In this document: positions 1 through 11,450 of the stretch, piece by piece
Numbering within the stretch: the stretch's first letter is position 1
Layout: every line of letters begins with the position of its first letter
Assembly: GCF_036321535.1 (NCBI RefSeq)
Contig: NC_087437.1
Coordinates: 29,080,001-29,144,000, forward strand
Length of the DNA: 64,000 nt
Origin: Camelus dromedarius
Taxonomy: Eukaryota
Direction: 5' to 3'
Position numbers and translations under genes: made by a program
Notes under the pieces: model-generated
The model's input: only the letters and a program-made list of their open reading frames with translations
The model's database searches: none
Told to the model about the DNA's origin: nothing

Positions 1-659
1 CCAGGCAGAAGACTGGGAGAGAATGAACAGTCAGAGCAAAGGCGAGCCCACAAGTGTCTGCCTGACCCATAATATGACCGAGGTTAAGTTACAACGAAAA
101 ATAAAGAAGTAGGACTTCTGTAATAATAATGAAATAAACCAGAAAAGCAATATCACTTAATGTGATTTCTTATTGATCCTCTGTCTTGATGCTGGTATTT
201 GAAGGAAAGCTGGTTTTATTAAAAGGAGTTTTGGTGTTAGAGATTTGTGAAATGTCTGTTGGGAACTTCTGGCTACTTTCAGGAGCTTTAGAAGTCAAAG
301 GAAGTTGGTCTATGTTATAGTTAAACTTCCCCTAATCTCATAACTTTCCTTTTTACTGTAAAAGTGTGGGACTTCTTACCCATGATTAACATTACCTTTA
401 TCTTTCAGACTGACGAAAGGGGAAAACAGGAGAGCAAAAAGTGTGAGAGGTCTTTCCTGAAGTAAAAGAGAAAGAGTTAGAATAAAACCAGGGGAGGGAT
501 GAAATTAAAGGGGATATTGTGTACCTGACAGAACACCAGCTAAAGTGGAATTAACTGAGCTGTGAAAGGTGGAAGATAAGGAAATGGAGGACCACAACCT
601 GGGCATGGCCCGCCTCAGTGAGAAGAAAGAATCAATGTGAAAAAGAAAAAAAAATTTCA

Positions 660-765
660 GAATATGAAAAAGAATATGTGTATATATGTATAACTGAACC
701 CCTGTATTGTATACCCAGGAACTAATAGAACATTTTAAATCAAAAGAAAAAAATTTAAATTAAAA
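660..765 (+). mobile_element. Short L1 3' end with A-tail
   Basis: GAATATGTGTATATATGTATAACTGAA...ACTAATAGAACATT plus A-rich tail; flanked by similar AAAAAGAAAAAAA..TTTCA direct repeats. Confidence 0.7.
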
Positions 766-1600
766 AAAAAGAAAAAAATTTTTCAATGATTGGATGTTAA
801 ATGCTTCACAGATTTGGAGATTAGAGACAGAAAACCATGCAACAGAATTGGAAAATGGCAATTTTAAAAGTCAGAATTTATTGATTTAGACAAACCTTAT
901 GCTGTGAATTGATTGTCAAGAGATTGCCCTTACTATCTTACAGCTAAATAAAGAGTAGAAAAATCCTGTTTAGGGAACAAAAATTATAGATGCATTCATT
1001 TAAACATATTTCAGCAGGGTTAAGGAATTTTCCACTCCAGAATATACTGAGATATTACCACATACGCTCTAGCAAAGGATAGTTTTCTGAGATCTATTGG
1101 CAAAACACTGTCGTGCTTTAATTTGTGAAGTGTTTACCCTTTTGAAATTAAAGGACATATAATTCTTGGTTTTTTTTTTATAGTAGTCCCCTTTATTATT
1201 TGGTAATATATTCCAAAGTTTACACCTGCTTATATGTGTGTGTGGGTGTGTGTTTTGGGACAGGCCATGTTCTTTTTGGATAGTTTTTAAGTAAGTCTCT
1301 ATTTAACAAATTCCGTGGAATTGTACTTCAGGACTTTAAATGTAAGACTGATAATGAAAATTGAGCTCAAACACATTGATATAAGGTTATCCTCTATGAA
1401 AATATCACCTATACTTTAAATGTCACTACTTCATACTTTATTCAGCATAATTCATTATAAAACAGACAGAAGGCTAAATACATGTTAAAGGTTAAATGCT
1501 TGCATCTGCATTTATAACAGTAAGAAAATTAGTAAGTTTTGAAATAATAAACCAAAAAAATCTATATTTTTATCTTTCCTGGCCAGAGAAATTGTGTTAA

Positions 1601-2054
1601 TGTAACCCAGCAGGACCCTGTCAGGCCTTCCAGATACAGACCTTCCTCATAACCTCTGCTGCAGTTCCTCTCTGAGGTACCCAGATAATAGTATCTCATA
1701 CACATTTCCTGAGTTTTTCAGATGCTAAAAACCACCACCCAATGGAAAAAACTCAACTACCTGATGATCATGAGCAAGTAGCTCCCAAGCCTTTTGGCAC
1801 CTAAGTACTGATCATCATCGACCAACCAGAGAATTGTGCACAGCTGATCACATGCCTGGGGCCGCCCCCTCCATCAACTGGCCTCTACAGAAGCTCAGCT
1901 GAAACCCTTCTGGGAGCTTAGGGCTTCTTTGGGCGTGAGGTATTTGTTCTCCTAGCCTGGCCCTGCAATTAACCTTTCTCTGCCCCCAACTCTGATGTTT
2001 CAGTATTGTTTGGCCTCACTGTGTGTGGGGCACACAAACTTGCATTCAGTAACA
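1601..2054 (+). mobile_element. 5' LTR of ERV1 provirus
   Basis: TGTAAC...GTAACA termini; aligns by eye to 6388-6797 and 63038-63526. Confidence 0.93.
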
Positions 2055-2058
2055 ATTC

Positions 2059-2078
2059 TGGCAAAGCTAGCCTAGCAG
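2059..2078 (+). other. Degenerate primer-binding site, tRNA-Arg type
   Basis: TGGCAAAGCTAGCCTAGCAG 4 nt after the LTR resembles TGGCGAGCCAGCCAGGAG, the complement of the tRNA-Arg(ACG) 3' end. The second copy has TGATAAAGCCCGCCTAGGAG at 63531-63550. Confidence 0.65.
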
Positions 2079-2924
2079 TCTGTCTGTACTCATGGCACTT
2101 CAACCCCGGCTGGGGCAGCCCCTCCCCTGGGTCTCCAGCAGCTGCCAGAGCCCACCTGGCTCCACGAAACTGGGAGGGTCTCTCCCTGACAGGCGCACAA
2201 TGCTGTTTTGAGCCAAGAAGAGTCTGGAGACGCGGTTCCCATTTGGTGTCGCCTGGGGTGAGTGGCTTCTGCTTGCACAGGCCAGGAATTCTCTCCTCTT
2301 TATCTGGGCTCATTTTCTTGCTGGAACTGAGCCACTTGGGGCTCACTGCGAGCTACTCTGGGTCCGCTCTCTTTCCAGAGCTGGGCCAGTCTGTTTGGAG
2401 GCCTCTGTCTGGGAGTTGAAATGGTATTTTGAGACTACTCCTCTGATTGTGAGACTGTAGCTTATTTGTTGTTTGTGCTTTTGTGTATGTCGTTTTGGGG
2501 TGAGCCACTCTGGTTTGCACAGGTTGGGAAATTCTACCTGCTCAACTTGGGTTCTTTCCCCTCCAGGAAGTGAGCTAGTCTGGGCTCATTGGGAGCCACT
2601 CTGACTCCATTCTCTTTCAGAAGATCTTTTGTTTGTGGAACCATGTTTGTTGTTTGTACGTGTGGGTGTTAGTACCTACACTGGCCAGTTGAGACATCTT
2701 TGGTGAGAAACGTGGCTCGCAGGAGACAACACCAGGGTATCCTTCCCTATTGCACTGACATCACTGCGGGGAGCCTTGCTAGGGATTTTCCCTTTCTAGC
2801 CTTTTGGATTGATGGGGGACTGGTTGGGAATCTTCCCTTTTGAAGCTAGGGAACTGTGACTCAGAGATCATATTAAATTGTTGTTTGCTTGATATTTGAT
2901 AACGTTGGCTATGAATAATTAAAT

Positions 2925-3094
2925 ATGGATGATCAGAGCTCTGTTCCATCTTATAGTCCCCTGGAGTATATTTTGCAGAACTGAGAGGTCTTCAGCTATG
3001 CTCCTATAAATAAAGGAAAATGGTATTTTTTATTGTCACACTGTGTGGGCTCAGTACTCCCGAGACCTGGAGAACAATGGCCCATGATGGCTCT
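2925..3094 (+). pseudogene. Decayed gag matrix (p15) N-terminus
   Basis: MDDQSSVPSYSPLEYILQN*EVF... then, across frameshifts, ...FYCHTVWAQY...EQWP..GS. This resembles the gammaretroviral MA motif SPL.CIL.NW..F.....K.L.FFC...WPQY....WP..GS. Confidence 0.7.
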
Positions 3095-4890
3095 GCTGTT
3101 ATATCAAAGTGGGCCTTTTGCATTTTGGCTTTTATCTTGGATGTGTTTGTACCTGAGTCCAAATCCTGTTCTCTCTTCCTGGTTTTGCTGAAAGTGAGGC
3201 ATGTGAATGTGAGCAGATGATAGGTATACTATTGTCTGGTGGATATTTGGGAACTGGAAAAAAAAATCTATGAAAACAGCCAAGATGATTGGGTTTTATA
3301 AAAGCAGTCACAGGAGGAAGTTGCGTTTCTCTTCCTGTGCCTTTGAGATGTAGATGATATAACCTGGGCTCTCAATAAAAAAAAAAGGGGGGGGGTGTAA
3401 ACTCAAGTGGAAAAACAGACCTCTGGTTCTGTCTTTTATGTAAAAATTAACTTGTAATTGAGCCCTATTTAACTGACTTAAAAGTAAGTGCTTACAAATT
3501 AAGTACTTCTAAGTGTAAAAGAAGCTAGAAAATAAATTTCAGTTTCACAGGAGCTAGGAAATATTCAGTAATAAATTAATATCTGATATTAAAGCTAGCT
3601 TAAGTTTAGTATAATCAATACAGACATGTCTTTTATTGCACCTAGGTTTACTGAAGGTCAGTAAGTTTCTGTTATTTCTGTTGCAGAGTTTGTCAGCAGA
3701 AAGAAGAAAATTAACTTGATGTGGTGAAATTCTTACAAGTGAATTAAATTCAAAAGAGATAAAAGCTTTTGGGTGAACTTTTTAGAAATAATTGTTTCAG
3801 CAATATCTACTTAAAAATGATCTCTCCAGATATTTGGTAATTTGAAATTTTAGAGTTGTGCTAAATTAAGTTAAATGATGGAAGTTTATTGAATAGTTGA
3901 ATAGCTAGGTCATTTCATATAGAGTGGAAAGTTAAGATAAATGTTTTGAGTTAAACAAAAAGGTATGAGGAATAGAATTGCATTTTGTTAAAGGAAAAGT
4001 AACTTTTCTGGATGGGGAAAAAAGTAAGGGACAACTAATATAGATGCAGAAAGTTGTGGAAAGTTTGTAGAAAAAGAGCCCTAAAAAAAGGAGTTTTGTG
4101 CATGGTTGGGCTGAGATTAAACTTACTTAGGTAAATGGATTTTGTTATTAAAAGTAGGTTGGTACAGGACTAGATGCAGTTCCTCCCTACTAAGAGAACA
4201 AGTTTACTTAGAATGTTCTGAAAACAGATTGTTTGAAACTTACTGATATTTTTGACAAACCTATCAAATTCTAATTAAAGTTCTTTTGGCTTCCCTAACT
4301 TTGGGATGCTTCAGAGGGCCCCGGAGGCATCGCAGAGAAACACATCTAACTAGGATTGGTTGGTGTGTTGAATTGCACGGGAAGCTTTGTTGAACGAGTG
4401 CTAAGCCGCCTCAGATTGTGTGACATGAATAAATGCTGTTGATGTGGACATTCTAGAAGCTCTGCGGAGTGTCTGAGATTTGGCTGTGTCCTGGTGTATG
4501 GTGCTATCAGTTATGATTCTGGTTATTATCGTGGAATGCTGTATGTCACAGCAATTTGATTAAGCTTCTTTGTCAAAAACGTTGTAATCAGATCTTTTAT
4601 CTTGCTTTTTAAAGTCTTTTGTTATAGACAGTTGAGCTGATGCTTTGTGGGACTGCTTCATCTTCAAGAGGATTCATAAAACAGGGGCTTTGTGACAAGT
4701 GAAAGTTTTAGATTATACTACTGAACTGGGTAAGATATTTAAGGGATCTGGTGGAGACTGATTTCATGAAACTCATGAAACTGTTGGTAAGGGCAATTGG
4801 TTGCATGGAATTGGGTGAACTGATTAATGGGATTGTAGGTTTTTTGGATTTTGTCTGAGATATTGCTGGCTTTTGACCTACGCTTTTTAA

Positions 4891-5140
4891 AAAAAAATTT
4901 TTTTTTAATTGAAGTATAGTCAGTTTACAATGTTGTGTTAATTTCTGGTATATAGAATAGTGATTCAGTTTTATATATATATATATATATTCCTCTTCAT
5001 ATTCTTTTTCACTATAGGGTATTACAAGGTATTGAATATAATTCCCTGTGCTATACAGTGGGATCTTGCTGTTTATCTGTTTTGTATAGTAGTTAGTATC
5101 TGCAAATCCTGAATTCCCAATTTATCCCTCCAATCCCCCT
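4891..5140 (-). mobile_element. 5'-truncated L1 3' end nested in the ERV
   Basis: Poly-T then TTAATTGAAGTATAGTCAGTTTACAATGTTGTG; TSD TTTTGACCTA...TTTTTAA at 4871-4890 and 5141-5160. Confidence 0.88.
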
Positions 5141-5881
5141 TTTTGACCTATATTTTTTAATTAAACTGTTTACCAAATGTTTGTCTCCCTATCAGTGTTG
5201 CCCCCAAAGTTTAGGATAGAAAGAGAATTCTCTAATGGAGTTGTCAGAGTGTAACTACTCATGATGTATAAAAATGCTTGCTTTAAGTCTACAGCGGAAG
5301 CACATGTGCTTGCATAACAATTGGGTATCAGTGATCAAGTGTATGGTCTGTGAAGTGTTTCCCCATTAACGTTCCTCTGCACCCATCCAGGATACCTGAC
5401 TTCCCCCCAACATGGATAACTAGACAAATATAAAGGAGGCCTAACATTGAGGGACAGATATTTTGATTATCAATGCTGTCTATTGAAAGATTTGTAATCA
5501 AAAAAGGAAATGATGAAAAAATCTGCACATATTGAGGTATGGGGAGGTCATTCTGGCTTCTGCATGGTTTGACTTAAACTTTACTGACCAAAGCAGCCTC
5601 TTTTATGGCCTTTTGGACATACATTGTACATCTACCTTTGGCCTTGAGGGAGGGGAATACATTTGAAAGTCAAAATGGAGTAGTTGTGGCTCATACACCC
5701 AAGGTAAAACTAGGTGGCCTTTGTGGACGTGGTTTCAGACACGTTCCTGGATTGTTGAGAATTCTAGTTTCCTGAGCTGTGTCATACTCAGAAGGCCACC
5801 AGCCACTCAAAGCAGTGTCTGCTGGCAGATGGTAGCTGTAACCATGTGACCTCAAGGTCTCCTCTTGTAATTATTAAATTT

Positions 5882-6035
5882 TTAGAGAATAAAATTGCTT
5901 TAAATCAGATGTTAGCAAGAAAATAAAAAGGAGATGTGTAGTGGTCAGTAGCTCTTGTTATGTATTGTTAATACCACATCAAAAGTTAAAACCTACTCAG
6001 ATCAAAGTAGACAACTGGCTACCTGGCTACAAATC
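5882..6035 (+). pseudogene. Decayed env TM segment (immunosuppressive domain plus CX6CC)
   Basis: LENKIALNQMLARK*, then CVVVSSSCY and NTTSKVKTYSDQSRQLATWLQ across frameshifts. This resembles LQNR.ALD.LLA..GG.C......CC...N.SG.V. Confidence 0.7.
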
Positions 6036-6387
6036 TCCCCAAAGTGCCAGGCCCAGACTGGATTTCAGGCTTATTTTCCTGAATTCCTCAGGGAATGAGA
6101 TCTTAATCATACAAGACTCGGATCCAGGACCTGGACCTTGGGAGTGTTTACAACTCGGTGTCCATTCCCCAAATCAAGGCAGGACTATGCCCCGTTTCAG
6201 CAGGAAGTAGCCAGAGCGGTCATCACCCCAACCCCTGAGAGATCTGGGGAAGGATGAAACAGGACTGGAGATTGAAACTGAGTTCCCCTGCTGAGTTTAT
6301 GATTAACCTCTGTATCCAAAATATCATTCCCCTTATCCAACACCTGTTCTCCTCAAGACTGAGGAGGATCAAAGAAAATGGGGAAAT

Positions 6388-6797
6388 TGTAACTGAGCAG
6401 GACCCGGTGAGGCCTTCCCGGGACAGACCCCTCCCCCATAATCTCTGCTGTAGCTCCTCTCTGAAGTACCCAGATAATAGTAGCTCATGCTTATTTCCTG
6501 AGTTTTCTTGATGCTAAAAACCACCACCAAATGGAAGGACTCAACTACTTAATGACCATGAAGACGTAGCAGACCTTCTGGCACCTAAGGATTGATCGCC
6601 ATCAACCAGAGAATTGTGCACAGCTGATCACACACCCGGGACGCCCCTCCCTCAGCTGACCTTTATAACTGCTGGGCTGAAGCCATTTGGGGTGTTGAGG
6701 ACTTTTAGGGCATGAGGCACACATTCTCCTTGCTCAGCCCAGCAATAAACCTTCGGCCTCACTGTGTGTGGGGCACGTGAACTTGCTTTCCATAGTA
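6388..6797 (+). mobile_element. 3' LTR of ERV1 provirus
   Basis: Preceded by PPT AAAGAAAATGGGGAAAT; AATAAA at 6744-6749; carries a small deletion after AATAAACCTT relative to the other two LTRs. Confidence 0.93.
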
Positions 6798-9454
6798 TTC
6801 ACAGCATGCTAGAAACAATCATCCTAATTTTTCCGAACACAATTTTTACTGCAGGGTAGGCAGGGCCTTAAATGCATTTCTCACTACTGCATCTATTTTT
6901 AATTTCTAATTCAGCATGGAATTCTTAATTCCCTGTCTCTAAGTTGCAGGCTGTTTACAAAGGCTGAGGTGAAACACCAAGCTTTTACTGAGTGTTTTAT
7001 TTTTAACTTTTCTCTTCCCTCTTTTGAAAATGTGGCTATATATCTGGTGCACTTTTTCTTCTGTAGTTTTCAAAATAGATTTCCTATGAGAGCAATGACA
7101 GTGTTCTCTCAACCAAGCAAATATCAGCTAAAGTACATTCTGGACATAAAGTGCACAGGATTAATCAACCTTAATGTATGAAGGTTAAGTTAAGTAAAGT
7201 CATTTCAAAACAAGAACAAGAAATTCTTAACAGTGTTCAGATTAAAAAAATAACACTTTGATCTGTCTCTGCCTCTCTCTCTCTGGAAAGTTTGCATGTC
7301 TGGGTTTTGGATTTGTAGTTTTTGTTAAGAAATATATGACTAGTTGGCACTGTGCTATGCAATTATGTCTTTACTTTAATTCACCCTGATTTTGAACAAC
7401 GCGATCACACCTATTTACAAGGTTCCAATATCACCTGTGGGAAAAGGGTCAACTTTCTTTTAAAGCACACAAGATGTGCATTTTCATTTCTCCCTATAGA
7501 CAGGTGTAGACTTTGATAATCTCCTTTGCTCTCTCCTTGTATCCTCAGAATGACCAGGAAGCAGCATCTTGCAAGGAGATTTTGTATAAATGTTTTCTCA
7601 CACGCTTCATGGTAATCACAGTTTTGATTCATTTAAGCCATGAAACAACAGATTCTTATTTATGAGGTTTTGAGGTTTATTTTAAAACGTGGTTATGGGA
7701 AACTAATCTTTGGTGACAGTAGCAAGAATAGTTATAACCTTGGGGTGGAGGTGGCTAGTTACCTACTGGGAAGGAGCCAAAGGAGTTTCTTAGTATCTCG
7801 TTCTGGGTGGAAGGTGCATGGGCAGAATTGTACATACAATTCATCTAGCTGTGCACTTAGGATTAGTGCCCTTTATATATCTACATGTATATATATGTAT
7901 ATAGTATACTTCAAAAATGTGTGTGTGTGTGTGTATATATAAATACATATATAAATATATACACACACATATATGCTGTGATGCTTGATGGTCAAAATTT
8001 AACCAAAAGAGCTTTAGGCTTTGATGAGAATCAGACACAATTGGATTACAGGGACATATTATTTCTGATTCAATAGTTAATTCTTACTTAATATGAGTAA
8101 ACAATATTTGACAGAAAGTCTATGTTATGTTTGGATAGAAATTTATTAACTAATAGTAGAGTAATGTCTGCTAAAATGAAATCAGTTTTCTTCGTGGTTC
8201 AGCTATCATTTGGGGAAAAATTAGACTTTCATTCTGTACAGTATCACATCATACACTTATTCTTTTCTACCCACCTTTTATGCTCCACACTCATTCCTCA
8301 GCACCAGAAAAGCCACTCTCTTTTCTAGGTGGGGATAGCCATTTATCCATTCCTCTGAAAGGATGAATCTGGGGTTGAACCACAGCACAAATCCTCCAGG
8401 ACTCTAATTCTGTTCTTTTGTGAGCTAGGAGTATTCGGACAATCCAGGTTGTATGTGCTTTTCAGCGTGGTAAATCAAAGGGTTTAGGGCTTGGAAAGAA
8501 CCCAGCAGAGGTTTGTTTGTTTGTTTTGTTTTTTCAATGCAGGAAACAGACAAGGCATCAACTAGGGGGAAAAAAAGATCACCTGTGGGAAATTTTTGGA
8601 AATGTCTGGGAAAAGAATCATCATAAATTCTCTTTATGTATTTCTGGCTGTTTAAAAAATTCTCAAAAGCCTCTGTCTTGCTTCATAGACCTTGTTCTTT
8701 TCTTGGCATGTATTTGGGAACCTTACACTCTCTGAAATGGTTTGATTATGTTTACAAATTTAATGATCTCTTACCCCAAAACAAAATGAATCCCGCCATA
8801 CCAGTGTCATTGATCTTCCCTGAAGATGTTAGAGTCTTGGTCTTGGGGACATTTAAGCCTTTTTAAAAGGAAAAACCAGAAACCAAAAATGAGATCTTAA
8901 AAAGTCATAATGCTAGGGGGTGGATAAGGCTCTAAATTTTTACCAGTTGGAGAGAGGGGGGAAGAGGCAAGCATGAGAAGCCCATGTGAGCTTTTAATTG
9001 TTGGCTCTACCTTATCACATTTCATTTTGCCTCTAAAAATTCTGCAGTGAAGGATGAGATTTCTCTACTCACCTCCCGCAAGAACAAATAGTAAAAAGAG
9101 GTAATTTTTGCTCAGAAGCCCCTGAGGAATTTGAACACAGAAGTTACTTTCAATCTCTTCACAGATACATTTTCATTCCTTCCAAGTCCCCTTGTTTGAA
9201 GAGTTTTTAGCAGTTAAGTAACTGGTCATCCTCAAGTCCACCTCAGGAGAAATTGGTAGGAAAAAAGCACATCTTGACATCTAGATACATAATGATTTAT
9301 AATAGTTCAAGGCCACAAACACAGACACACACATGCACACACATATACTTCATTTGAAATGAATATTCCAACCTCCCATTTTAGCTTCCTCAATCCTAAA
9401 ATTATGATTGACAAATAATTTCTGAGGTTGGTTAAGTGGTTGAGATAAGCATGT

Positions 9455-10320
9455 TTCATATTCTGCTGCATCTATTTCTCTACAACAAATTATTCCCAAA
9501 TCTTGACAACTTAAAATAGTACAAATATATTATGTCATACAGGGTCAGGGATTTAAGAATGGGTCAGCTGGCTGGTTCTGGCTCAGAGTCTCCTGGAAGG
9601 TTGCAGTAAGGTATTGGCTGAGGCTGTAGGCATCCAAAAGTTTGAGGCTGTAGGTATCTGAAGGTTTGGCTGGGCTTGGAGTATGTTTTATGTTTTTCAA
9701 AGATGGTTCACCTACATGGCTGGCAAATTAATGCTGGTTGTTGGGAGAAAGCCTTAGCTCCTCCCCACGAGGACCTTGACATAGGTTTGCTTGAATGTCC
9801 TCAGTACATGGCCCCTGGCTTCCCCCAGAGCAAGTGATACAATAGAAAGCAAAGAGGAAACTGCAGTGACTCATGATCCGTTCTCAAAAGTTAGAGCCTA
9901 CCATTTGCATAACAAGCTGTTGATTTGGGAGGTCAGTGCAGGAGTGGACCTCAGAAGGGCATGAATAATAAGAAGTGAGAATCATTGGGATCAACATGGA
10001 GACTGGCTACCACAGTCCTCTCTGGTCCGCAATGATTTACATCCCTACCACAAACAAAATCCATTCACTCCTTCCCAAGGCCCCCAGAAGTCTCATCCCA
10101 GTACAAAGTTCAGAACCTCATCTTCTCAGTCAGATCAGGGTGCTGATGTGGCTTCATTGGTGTGGTCCGTTAGGTACAGCTCCTTGAGTGCAGTTCTCTG
10201 ATTTGAAGGCCTAGAGACAAGCTATCTGCCCCCCAGCCCTCCCCCAATCTGTCATACATAGGATAACTGCTACAGACTCCCATTTGAAAAGAGGGGGGAC
10301 TGGAGGCCCCAAAAATGTCA
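9455..10320 (-). mobile_element. MaLR MLT1 (F/G/H-like) LTR (~9455-10013) plus adjoining MLT1 internal sequence
   Basis: CTGGCTCAGAGTCTCCTGGAAGGTTGCAGT...GGAGACTGGCTACCACA followed by MLT1-int-like CAAGCTATCTGCCCCC...ACAGACTCCCATTTGAAAAGAGG. Confidence 0.75.
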
Positions 10321-10837
10321 CTGGTCCGTATCATCCAGGCTAATACTGGAACTAGAAATTTGAATTGAATTTAAAAAGAAATCACACCCCATTATTTTTG
10401 CACTATCCTGTTGGTTACGGAGGTTAGATTGATTTGGTGTGGGATGCTGGCTACCATCTCTGCAAATGGCAAAGCATAGGAAACTCTTACAATATGAAAG
10501 CTTTTCATTTGCCATTGCTTACGGTTCGTGTTAAAGGGCTTATAAACTGTAAATAAGTACACTAGTATGGCTGTGTACTGTTAGTGATACCCAGGTAGCA
10601 GTTTTAGCACACCAAAGGGAAGGCTATCCAGGATGGAGGTTAACTCTTAAGAAATAGGATATATCCTTTGTCCTGTATTTCTGGATATATCCCTTTTGTG
10701 TGGTCCCTTATATGTGGACTCATGGTTCTGCTTGCTATCTACCTATTGGCTGAGTAGCTTCTCTCAGAGAGAAGAAAGAAATTGCTTTTTCAGGTTCATT
10801 AGCCACATTGGAAAAAAGGTTCACAACTCTTGATGGC

Positions 10838-11048
10838 ATAGCAAGGTGGTTTAAGAGCATTGGCATCAAAAACTCTTCACATGGAATCATAGCCCTTCCA
10901 GTTACTAGTTATGTGACCTCGGGGAGGTAACTTACCTTAGTCTCACACCTACCTAATAGGGAAATTGAGAAGATTAAATGAGATAATGTATGTAAAGCAC
11001 TTAGCACACTGTCTGGCCTAGAATAAACCCTCTAATTACTATTATTAT
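10838..11048 (+). mobile_element. MIR SINE
   Basis: TTACTAGTTATGTGACCTCGGG...GATTAAATGAGATAATGTATGTAAAGCACTTAGCAC. Confidence 0.82.
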
Positions 11049-11214
11049 CTAAAATTATGGGAATTATCTGTGCATTTTACTACTCTTGGGGGTCAAAGTT
11101 TTCCCATCTGCAAAATTAGGGGGTTGGACTCAATTTCTCAGGTTCCTTGCAGCTCTCCCAGCCTGTAGTTTTTCCAGCTGAGTTGGCCACAGCAGCCTCC
11201 CTGCCCCCAACCCC

Positions 11215-11450
11215 TAATAATCACTTGCATTTACACAGCACTTTTAACTTCAAAATCTTTTCATATCAACGATCTCTCTTGATTCTCATCATCACTCTGT
11301 GAGGCAAGTAGGCAGGGTAGGCAATATTATCCTCATTTGACTGGTGAAGAAAATGAGATACTGAGAGGTTGTAACTTGCCCAAGTTAGTTGGTTACAAAG
11401 TCAAAAGCCAGAGGAACCTGGCTATTATGGTTTTCACCCCAGAGTTTCTT
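11215..11450 (-). mobile_element. MIR SINE
   Basis: ATTATCCTCATTTGAC...TGAAGAAAATGAG...GAGAGGTTGTAACTTGCCCAAG. Confidence 0.72.

Larger units (their letters stand above)
1601..6797 (+). mobile_element. Non-autonomous ERV1 (gamma-like) provirus with two LTRs
   Basis: Homologous LTRs 1601-2054 and 6388-6797; PBS 2059-2078; PPT 6371-6387; flanks TTAA (1597-1600) and TTCA (6798-6801) fit a 4-bp TSD with one mismatch; gag and env relics. Confidence 0.92.

Noticed and set aside
1969..2419. Similar peptides (FPELGQ.VWRP) in ORFs here and at 63715-63972 suggesting a paralogous gene pair
   Set aside because: Follows from DNA homology of the non-coding ERV leaders; ORF starts and frames are not conserved.
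5882..6210. Possible captured env/syncytin-like gene
   Set aside because: Only a short TM relic with a stop and frameshifts; no SU, signal peptide or long ORF.
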